DNA of 63,289 nucleotides, counting the filler, from an uncultured Gemmatimonadota bacterium (GTDB taxonomy: Bacteria; GCA-2686955): the NCBI GenBank assembly GCA_964490075.1. It is 5 parts of 5 records of this genome, joined end to end, with 100 filler letters (N's around TTAATTAATTAA, not from the genome) between each part and the next. Parts side by side here need not be neighbours in the genome. Positions count along the whole stretch, not along the records: positions 1 to 14,623 come from CAZBBK010000094.1; positions 14,724 to 29,034 come from CAZBBK010000095.1; 3 more parts are not named here. One strand, 5' to 3'. The translations under genes and the position numbers were made by a program. The notes beneath the pieces were generated by a model that saw only the letters and a list, made by a program, of their open reading frames with translations, ran no database searches and was not told the origin of the DNA. Below, in pieces: positions 9,401 to 16,288 of this stretch. The first letter of the stretch is position 1; every line of letters starts with the position of its first letter.

Positions 9401-10693
9401 GCCGGCAACGTCTCGCTCGGACGACTGGTGGTTCGGCGCGCGCTGGCCGATCGAAGCGGCGGAGAATCGCGTGCGATCGCCCTCGGGGTCTTCCAGCAGT
9501 GTTTCCTGGCCGAGCTGGACCGCGACCCCGCTCCCGAGCTGGTCCACCTTTCCAGACACTCCGTGGATCGCTCCACGGGCCCGGTTCGCATCTTGGGGCG
9601 GGACGGCGGGACGAAATCCCCACGCCACAACAATCCGTCCTCCGGCCCGCTCGCTCCAGCGTCGCCACTGTCGCCTTCCACCACCCGCTGGCAGCGCCTG
9701 TCGCATCTGGTCGGCCCGCTCCCAGCCCCGATCCGCGCGCGAGTGTTCCGTCAAGTGGCCCAGGCACCGGCGAACCGGCTCGAGCGGAATCAGGCCCGCC
9801 TCGAATGGGCACGCGCCTGCCTGGAACAGCGTCGCTACTCCGAGGCATCGCGCATCCTGGAGACCATCGAGGGTGGCGCGGAGGTCCACCTGGCTCGAGC
9901 CGAGCTGCTCGCACGACGCGGAGAGTGGAGCGCAGCCCAGGCCGAGCTCGCCGGAATCCACTCCGCCGCGAACCAGGGATCGGCGCAAGGCATGCTCGCC
10001 ACCTTGCTCGCCCAACGCCTGGCCCCGGTCATGCACTACGAAAACCTCGTCGCCATCGACTACGAGGAACGCCTGCGCTGGACCCGCGACGACGTCGACC
10101 GTCCCACGCGCAGCGCCGAGACCATGCTGAGCGCGGGTGCCGCCATCCGCGTCACGGCGGAGCTGACGATCGCCTCGATACCTCTGGGCATGCGCATCGC
10201 GATCGGTTTCCGTCCCGGCGCGGGGCTCCATGCACGACCCCAGGATCGCGGTCGAACCGTGGGGTTGGTGTTCGGGCCGTCGAGCGGTCCGGGCGAAAGG
10301 AACCTGCGGCTCGCCATCGCACCCTCGCGATCCGATCGCGCCAGCCCCGAGGACGCGCATCACGAGATGCCGGAGCGCGCGGCCCTGGGTGGCGGCGCGC
10401 GCCGGTTGCGAATCGATGTCGAGCACGTGCCGACCATGGGCATCACTCTGGCCCAGATCGCCGACTCCGCGACGGGCGAGGCGATCTCTCGCCACTACGT
10501 CGAGGAGCAATGGCAAGTGTTGCCCGAGGGTCGCACCCTGGCGGGTCTCTTCCCGGTGCGCGCCGCCGATGAGTTCGAAGGCGACGCCGACCTGATCCTA
10601 CACCGCCTGGAAGTCGCGGTCGGCGAGCTTCCCGAGCCTTTGAGATTCGGCTTGCGCAGACAGCTACCATCGTCCAAACCGGCGGAAGGTTGA
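6458..10693 (+). CDS. membrane Hanks-type Ser/Thr kinase with large C-terminal TPR/FG-GAP sensor region
   Basis: LGTGATAEV, ALKLL, HRDVKPANI, DLG, GTPAYAPPE; TM segment WAGALVLLASALSLGALA; FG-GAP-like WGDLDGDGGNEI, FVDVDEDGRDEL; start set at GTG 6458 after AAAGGAA. Confidence 0.85.
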   Translation: MASIHWEVLRVRLDDLVERGRLSDLAADELLMHFMAADGGAALERTDLRAANEAVGDEVAETLLNAAYGDDPRPSTDPPVHQPPAPISPAPGTLIGAWRIGGKLGTGATAEVFAVTHEGKDERRALKLLRPGLDASARERFFRELDLALHPPHDAILRAKSVGQWRGRPYGILELAHGTLDDRLRRSVLEPEQTCRLLIPIAQALAALHRGGNVHRDVKPANIFIRADGSTALGDLGLVASTDARTRLTLAAGFVGTPAYAPPEQFATGAEPSPCWDVHALAASAFHAMTGDPPWGRPGVGSNPLRPYPARTRAFQNLPANARALLANALAVNPSLRLATIEALARDLARVAGGETPLARGPRATDHLRGWIGLHRRWAGALVLLASALSLGALAPDARRRWNNHRIEATIERSIETDRIRAAAEIENARTLAAELCSAPEAPWVLPPLPAPAAMGHQWVAAGEVLGALQGVPDSLEIPAWADTDAVLLRHLRGSGGTRLREDARRLRRRIAALEAEMSPLALRTRIRTLLVDSGSDTELLLDQALRQAPLRRERADLRRLALRLAAAETDPPSAAAADAALMLAELGHQETLLLDLAEILLQDAQVDAAERLLARYRSAAWSAAARRRFDQLRKAVRLAGPEPWAAIDAATENATEDDPSWLSALRPVELLEGSWHAIARRDGSPDTLYVARDHGIREIVAIEGGFLELGDLWILPDSLRNRGSISRLWAPPRQQSSEAPDFVARLWPGEGRDLAHLLLLRRNGTTLTVVGAMPMHASTTAPVAWGDLDGDGGNEIAIGGDWREPTMALWAIGPDGRYAPQPRLRLTGGEHQFIAFVDVDEDGRDELLVRVDGWRRCGARLLALDGPSVAAGAWRERQNLPIGGATRGRIPRIRTDQPIPVPTAESVLGSLTSDPPERCRLVHHHPPGLQLFRRAGGELRRHATIVPPHWHRGAHPHLPAGAGSLLGIEGRGDSAALWYQAGNVSLGRLVVRRALADRSGGESRAIALGVFQQCFLAELDRDPAPELVHLSRHSVDRSTGPVRILGRDGGTKSPRHNNPSSGPLAPASPLSPSTTRWQRLSHLVGPLPAPIRARVFRQVAQAPANRLERNQARLEWARACLEQRRYSEASRILETIEGGAEVHLARAELLARRGEWSAAQAELAGIHSAANQGSAQGMLATLLAQRLAPVMHYENLVAIDYEERLRWTRDDVDRPTRSAETMLSAGAAIRVTAELTIASIPLGMRIAIGFRPGAGLHARPQDRGRTVGLVFGPSSGPGERNLRLAIAPSRSDRASPEDAHHEMPERAALGGGARRLRIDVEHVPTMGITLAQIADSATGEAISRHYVEEQWQVLPEGRTLAGLFPVRAADEFEGDADLILHRLEVAVGELPEPLRFGLRRQLPSSKPAEG

Positions 10694-10696
10694 TCC

Positions 10697-12268
10697 ATGT
10701 CCACTCAGTCCCTCGCCTCCACCATCAAGCGACGTTCCAAGGTCGAGCTGCAGTCACTCATCAACGCCCGCGATCGGCTGAATCGATCTGACACGCTCGA
10801 CGAGTTCTTGGCGTCGTTGATCGAGTTCGCCCGCAACACCGTGCGCAAGGCCGAGCAGGCCATGGTCTTTCTCGAACACGGGGACGGCCTGGTGATGCGC
10901 CCCGGCGTGGCGTTGGACGAAGACGACCGGGCGCGCTGCGGAGCCATCAGTCGCGGTGTCTTCGAGGAGGCGGTGGACAAAGGTGTCGTCTTGTCCGCCG
11001 GCCTGCACGCCGATCCCCGTTTCCATGAGCTCGACAGCGTCGTCTCCGCGCCAGACCGGAGCGTGATCGCCGCGGGCTTCGCGCATGGCCGGGCGCGGGG
11101 TGTGCTCTACCTGGAGGCACGCGGTGATCGGCTGGACGACATCGATACAGGAGCTCTGGACCGATTGACCGAAATCGTCGGCTACGCGGCGGCCGGCGTC
11201 GCGCTGCGCCTCGACCGCGAGCGGGCGCGCGTCTATCAGGAGAGCCAGCGGGCGCGCTTGCGCAATCCCGCGATTCCTCCGGATTGGGATCTGCCCTCGC
11301 CCACCATCGCCCGACTGGTGGAGTGGGCGCGAACCGTGGTCGGCCTCTTGCCGCTGGAACCGATTCTGCTCCAGGGCGAAGTCGGTACCGGCAAGAGCCT
11401 GCTCGCCCGCACCATTCACGAGCTCACCTTCGACGAGGACCGTCCCTTCATCGTGGTGGCATGCGGTCAGCTGCTCCCGGAGATCGCCGCCGGTGAGCTC
11501 TTCGGAACGGTGAGGGGCGCCTTCACCGGCGCGCTCGACCGTACCGGGCTCCTGCACGCCGCGGCGGGCGGCACTCTGGTCCTGGACGACGTGCATCAGT
11601 TGCCACGAGAGGTGCAGGGGGCTCTGCTGAGGGCCCTGGACTCCCGCATGGTGCGGCGCGTGGGTGCCCACAAGGACCAGAAGATCGTCCACCACACCAT
11701 CGCCACCAGCAGCCGCGACCTCTCGCTGCTCGAGGCGGAAGGCCGCTTCCTCCCCGACCTGCGCTCCCGGCTCACCGGAGACCAGATCACGGTGCCGGCG
11801 CTGCGGGACCGTTCCGAGGACATCGTTCCTCTGGCCCGGCGCCTGGTGGAGCTGGGCCGCCGGCGCCTGGAGCTTCCCGCGCTTCCGGAGCTCACGGGCG
11901 AGGCGTGCCGACGGCTCCAATCGCATGCCTACCGCTCCGGCAACGTTCGTGAGCTACAGAAGACCATCCACCGTGCTCTGGTCAGCGCCAATGGTGGTCC
12001 GATCCTCGCCGAGGACATCCGCTTCATGCGGTCTCCCGACGACGATCGCGATGCGATCGGCTTTCCCGGGCCACACGGCAAAGGAGCAGCGGGCGGCGCG
12101 AATCCCAGAATCGCCACTCTGGAATCGGTGATCAACACCGCCGAGCGCGCTCATTTGAAGCGGGCCATCGCGGCGGGACTGGGTGTGGAAGCGACCTGCG
12201 CTCGCCTCGGTATCTCCAAGTCGAAGTACTACTCGAAAGTGAAAGAGCACAAGCTCTCGCTGAGATGA
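10697..12268 (+). CDS. sigma54-dependent enhancer-binding protein (GAF-AAA+-Fis HTH)
   Basis: GEVGTGKS, intact GAFTGA, LVLDDV, GNVRELQ, C-terminal LGISKSKYYSKVK HTH; N-terminal GAF-like region. Confidence 0.92.
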   Translation: MSTQSLASTIKRRSKVELQSLINARDRLNRSDTLDEFLASLIEFARNTVRKAEQAMVFLEHGDGLVMRPGVALDEDDRARCGAISRGVFEEAVDKGVVLSAGLHADPRFHELDSVVSAPDRSVIAAGFAHGRARGVLYLEARGDRLDDIDTGALDRLTEIVGYAAAGVALRLDRERARVYQESQRARLRNPAIPPDWDLPSPTIARLVEWARTVVGLLPLEPILLQGEVGTGKSLLARTIHELTFDEDRPFIVVACGQLLPEIAAGELFGTVRGAFTGALDRTGLLHAAAGGTLVLDDVHQLPREVQGALLRALDSRMVRRVGAHKDQKIVHHTIATSSRDLSLLEAEGRFLPDLRSRLTGDQITVPALRDRSEDIVPLARRLVELGRRRLELPALPELTGEACRRLQSHAYRSGNVRELQKTIHRALVSANGGPILAEDIRFMRSPDDDRDAIGFPGPHGKGAAGGANPRIATLESVINTAERAHLKRAIAAGLGVEATCARLGISKSKYYSKVKEHKLSLR

Positions 12269-12422
12269 CCGGCACGGACTGCGAATCGTCGCGGCTGTTC
12301 CTGGACGGCGGTCCGCCCTTCCAGACACTCGGACGCATGCGCGACGCAGGACGACGGACGGAAGCCCCCTGACGTCGAACCAACTCCTTGCCCCACAACG
12401 AAGTGACGCTCAACGGAGTGCA

Positions 12423-12438
12423 TGGCCCTCCGCTTGCA
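12423..12438 (+). promoter_or_regulatory. putative sigma54 -24/-12 promoter of the LamG gene
   Basis: TGGCCCTCCGCTTGCA (GG-N10-GC); IHF-like CAACTCCTTG at 12381-12390 and TCC-N8-GG(T/A) boxes at 12299-12333 upstream. Confidence 0.6.
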
Positions 12439-12526
12439 TTGGCACAGCGAGCACATCGCCCCATCGCCACCGGTCGATTCGCCATCCGGCATCAGCGATC
12501 GGGCACCGACTCGGAAAGGCAAAGCC

Positions 12527-14035
12527 ATGTTCTTCGATCGACTTCGATCGCCAGCCTCAGTCGCCGTCGTCACCGCGGTGGCGGCGTTCGCCCAGACCAA
12601 CGCCCCGGCCGTCGAGATCAATCTCGAGGGCGGCAGCTCGGAGATCCTGGACGCGACACATATTCTGCTTCGGGATGTGTGGAGCCCCATGGGCTCCGGG
12701 CGCGCGCTCCTCGGTTGGGACGAGCAACGCAACCATTTCGCCGTGGAGAGCTACGTCATCACTTCGCAATGCCCCACGGTGGTGGATGGGTCGACCCTCG
12801 CCCTCTGGCACTTCGATGAGGGCACCGGTGACACTTTCATCGACAGCGGACCCGACGCCAACGACGGAACGGCAACCAATCATCTTTGGGAAGCCGGGTG
12901 CGCGGGGTACGCCCTGGCCTTCGATGGCGCGACCACGCGTGCCGTCGTGCCACACGGCGCCAGTCTCGTCGACGTCGACGAAGAGATGACCATCGAGGCC
13001 TGGGTCGAGGTCACGGGCTACCCATCCGGCGGGCCCTTCGTGCCGATCGTGAACAAGAACACGCCGGGCTCGAACGGCACCGGCTACTTCTTCAATATCG
13101 ACCACGCCAATCACATCTACTTCAACACCGGCGGAGTGCAAGTCAACGCGCCGGATCCCCTGGTCGTCGGAGAGTCCTACGCGATCGCCGCCGTGAAGGA
13201 TGACGATGAGCTGCGTCTCTACGTCGACGGCTATCCGGTCGCGGTCGCCACGGGTGCCGGCCCGGTCGTGTTCGATGGCTACCAGCTCGAGATCGGTGGT
13301 TCGAGCTCGCTCGATCGCGGGGTTTCCGGCCTGATCATCGACGAGGTGCGGATCTCGAGTGTCGCCCGCTCGATGGCCGGTGACCCGCCCGGCGACGGGC
13401 TCGCGGCCTACTACCCCTTCGACGGCAACGCCGACGACGCCAGCGGCAACGGCCACCACGGCACGGTGTCCGGCGCGACGTTGACGGCCGATCGCTTCGG
13501 TAACGTGGACGCCGCCTATCTCTTCGATGGGACGGATGACTCCATCGACATCGGCAGCGTCACTTCGCTGGCCACCGACGATGCGAAGTCGGTCTTTGCC
13601 TGGGTGAAGGTCCCGGCCGGTGTGTCGGGTGCGGGCTGGCTCTACTTGCGCAGCGTGATCGACGACAGTCCGTCGGGTCATTGGCGCAACCTCTTCGTCT
13701 GGATCGACGAGAACGAGCAGAGCTACTCGCCGGCCTGCGGGCTGCAGCAGAGCGGGATTCAGATGCGCGGCAGCGCGTTTGCTCCCGACACCTGGCATCT
13801 GATCGGAATGGTGTGGTCTCCAGGCGAGCCGATCTCGGTCTACCTGGACGGTGGCGAGGTCGCGGTCTCGGATCCGGTGGCGAGTTGGGATACGACCGCG
13901 GGTCACGCCTACATCGGGCGACAGTATCAGAACCCTTCCGGGCACTACTTCGAGGGGGCGATCGACGACGTGCGCATCTACGATCGCGCGCTGAGTGGCG
14001 TCGAGATCCTGACGCTGTACGAGCAGGCGCAATAG
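12527..14035 (+). CDS. secreted protein with two LamG/ConA-like jellyroll domains
   Basis: signal-like N-terminus; LALWHFDEG..TIEAWV..LYVDG..IDEVRIS and LAAYYPFDGNADD..IDDVRIYDRALS. Confidence 0.85.
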   Translation: MFFDRLRSPASVAVVTAVAAFAQTNAPAVEINLEGGSSEILDATHILLRDVWSPMGSGRALLGWDEQRNHFAVESYVITSQCPTVVDGSTLALWHFDEGTGDTFIDSGPDANDGTATNHLWEAGCAGYALAFDGATTRAVVPHGASLVDVDEEMTIEAWVEVTGYPSGGPFVPIVNKNTPGSNGTGYFFNIDHANHIYFNTGGVQVNAPDPLVVGESYAIAAVKDDDELRLYVDGYPVAVATGAGPVVFDGYQLEIGGSSSLDRGVSGLIIDEVRISSVARSMAGDPPGDGLAAYYPFDGNADDASGNGHHGTVSGATLTADRFGNVDAAYLFDGTDDSIDIGSVTSLATDDAKSVFAWVKVPAGVSGAGWLYLRSVIDDSPSGHWRNLFVWIDENEQSYSPACGLQQSGIQMRGSAFAPDTWHLIGMVWSPGEPISVYLDGGEVAVSDPVASWDTTAGHAYIGRQYQNPSGHYFEGAIDDVRIYDRALSGVEILTLYEQAQ

Positions 14036-14158
14036 CGGGGATGGCCCGCCGGCCGAGGTTCGCGCGAGACGCGAGCCCGACCGGCGGGCTTGCGCGTGTT
14101 GGTGGGCGGTCGCCCGACGTCTGGCGGGTCGGCCGCCAGAGGAATGCTCGGAAGTTGT

Positions 14159-14618
14159 CGTAACCGCTTATGAACCAAAGGGATGCGTGGAATCGCAGGG
14201 GGCGGATCGATTCTCCAACTTTTTGAGAAGTGTCTGAAAACGCGCCAACCCTCTACGGATCAACGGATTACGAGGACGTCGATGGCGAAATGGCCGATTT
14301 CCAAAAGTTGGAGAATCGCCTCGAAGAGGGGTCCACCGAGTCGATTCTCCAAATTTCACAACTTGGGGCATTTCACCCAGTCGACCCGAACAGGGGGAAA
14401 GCCGTTTCATGGCAAGAAGTTGCGAGCGTGCATCATGTCGGACGCGCGTATCGATCCAGCCGAAAGTTGGAGAATCGATTTCGGTACCCCCGAAAAAGGT
14501 CGATTCTCCAACTTTTTGATTTCTGGCTACCACGAAGCTATGCAACGACTTGGCTCGATTTCGGGCGTTTTCGAGGGGTCAAAACGGGGAAAATGGCAAT
14601 CGATTCTCCAACTTTTTG
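14159..14618. repeat. array of six TCGATTCTCCAACTTTT-type repeats in mixed orientation interleaved with four IHF-like 29-bp sites
   Basis: copies at 14206(+), 14302(-), 14341(+), 14463(-), 14500(+), 14599(+); CAA-N4-TTR-type sites at 14159, 14244, 14396, 14526. Confidence 0.8.
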
Positions 14619-14623
14619 CGGAT

Positions 14624-14723
14624 NNNNNNNNNNNNNNNNNNNNNNNNNNNNNNNNNNNNNNNNNNNNTTAATTAATTAANNNNNNNNNNNNNNNNNNNNN
14701 NNNNNNNNNNNNNNNNNNNNNNN
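14624..14723. other. artificial contig linker
   Basis: N-run with TTAATTAATTAA (stops in all frames). Confidence 0.98.
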
Positions 14724-14896
14724 AGCGTTAATCTCGTAACCGGGGCCGGCGGCGCCCCACCCCCCCGCTTCGCTTGGTGGCCACCGCCCCACCCAACCCC
14801 CCCACCCCGACCAGTCGGACTTGAGCTGCGGCGCCCAGCGCCGCCAGCTCCAAGTCCGACCGCATAGGCTGCCCGCTACGCGGGCCAGCCTATGCG

Positions 14897-16285
14897 CTAC
14901 TTCCAGACTTGGCCCAGGAATCCCGCCATCTCCGGCACCCCCCCCTGAAACACCAGGTAGCCGTCGTGCGGCTCGCGCTCGGTCATTTCGCCGGCGATCG
15001 TCCGCGTCATCAGGGCCTTCACCGCCTCGGGGTCGTCGGGGTGCATTCCCAGCGCCCAGCCGAGCTTTACGTGTGCCGCCTCGGGCAGCATGTTGGCCAG
15101 CGGCACCACGCCCAGCTCGAGGATCTCGCGTCCCGTCTCGTAGACGTACATCTGCACGAATCCCCACAGCGTCTGCAGCGTCATGAAGACCGGCACTCCG
15201 GCGTCGCGGGCTCGCTCCAGGGCCGGGTAGAGCTGCCGGTTCACGTGGCCGAGACCGGTGCCGGCGATGACGATTCCGCGATAGCCGCACGCCACCAGGG
15301 CGTCGATCACGTCGGCGCGCATCCCCGGGTAGTAGTAGACAAGCGTGGCGCGCCCATCGAAGCGGGCGTGGATCGCCACGTCGCGGTCGTTCCTGCGCCG
15401 CGCGAAGCCCTTTTGGATCGGCGTGATCCGCCCCTTCTCCACCATCGCCAGCGGCAGGTCGCCAAGAGTGCGAAAAGTGCTGCGGTAGGAAGAGTGCATC
15501 TTGCGCACCCGGGTGCCGCGGTGCAGCAGGTTGTAGTGGTTCGAGGTCGGGCCGAACATGCAGACCATCACCTCGGCGATGTCGCCGTGGGCGGCCGCCC
15601 AGGTGGCGTTGATCAGGTTCTGCGCGGCGTCCGACGAGGGACGGTCGGAGGAGCGCTGGCTGCCCACCATGACGACCGGCACCGGCGGATCTTGCACCAT
15701 GAAGCTGAGCACCGCCGCGGTATGGTGCATGGTGTCGGTGCCGTGGCCGATGACGATGCCCTCGTAGCCGTCGGCGATCGCCCGCCCGATCTCCTCGGCG
15801 AGGCGCAAGTACTGCTCGGCGCCCATGTTCTCCGAGAACACCCCGAACAGCTTCTCGGTCTCCAGATTGCAGATCTCGGCCAGCTCCGGCACCGAGCCGT
15901 AGAGCTCGCCGGGGCTGAAGGCCGGGATCACCGCGCCGGTCCTGTAGTCGAGGCGCGAGGCGATGGTGCCACCGGTGCCGAAGAGCTTCACTCCCGGCTG
16001 GTGGTCGCGGACCGGGAACTCCTGCTCCGGGATCTTGTACTGGGCCTCGCGGTAGCCGATCTTCTCGAGGCCGAGGATGGTGTCGTGACGCAGCCCGATG
16101 TTGTAGCCGGTGCCGAGCTTGAGCACGATGTGCTGGGCATCGGCGGTCTCGGAGCGGGGCAGCACCAGCCCCTCGAAATCGCCTCGGGTGGTGCGTGCAG
16201 CTACCTCGCACCAGACCCCGACGCCGAAGCGGCGCATCAGGCTCAGACAGGGATCGCGGTAGCCGTGTGTTCCTCGTTCCGCCAT
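14897..16285 (-). CDS. gatD: Glu-tRNA(Gln) amidotransferase subunit D (archaeal-type, asparaginase-like)
   Basis: N-terminal GatD domain (LKLGTGYNIG), GTGGTIASRLDYRTGAV, HGTDTM, GSQRSSDRPSSDA, RKMHSSYRSTF. Confidence 0.93.
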   Translation of the reverse strand: MAERGTHGYRDPCLSLMRRFGVGVWCEVAARTTRGDFEGLVLPRSETADAQHIVLKLGTGYNIGLRHDTILGLEKIGYREAQYKIPEQEFPVRDHQPGVKLFGTGGTIASRLDYRTGAVIPAFSPGELYGSVPELAEICNLETEKLFGVFSENMGAEQYLRLAEEIGRAIADGYEGIVIGHGTDTMHHTAAVLSFMVQDPPVPVVMVGSQRSSDRPSSDAAQNLINATWAAAHGDIAEVMVCMFGPTSNHYNLLHRGTRVRKMHSSYRSTFRTLGDLPLAMVEKGRITPIQKGFARRRNDRDVAIHARFDGRATLVYYYPGMRADVIDALVACGYRGIVIAGTGLGHVNRQLYPALERARDAGVPVFMTLQTLWGFVQMYVYETGREILELGVVPLANMLPEAAHVKLGWALGMHPDDPEAVKALMTRTIAGEMTEREPHDGYLVFQGGVPEMAGFLGQVWK

Positions 16286-16288
16286 CGT

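Noticed and set aside
14159-14623. Repeat array as a CRISPR array, or ORFs 14183/14230/14168 as genes
   Set aside because: Repeats are under 21 bp, flip orientation and have irregular spacing, with no cas genes; the peptide repeats (SILQLF, KLENR, DSPTF) merely reflect the DNA repeat
14740-14820. C-rich tracts downstream of gatD
   Set aside because: Low-complexity sequence at a contig edge with no consistent unit
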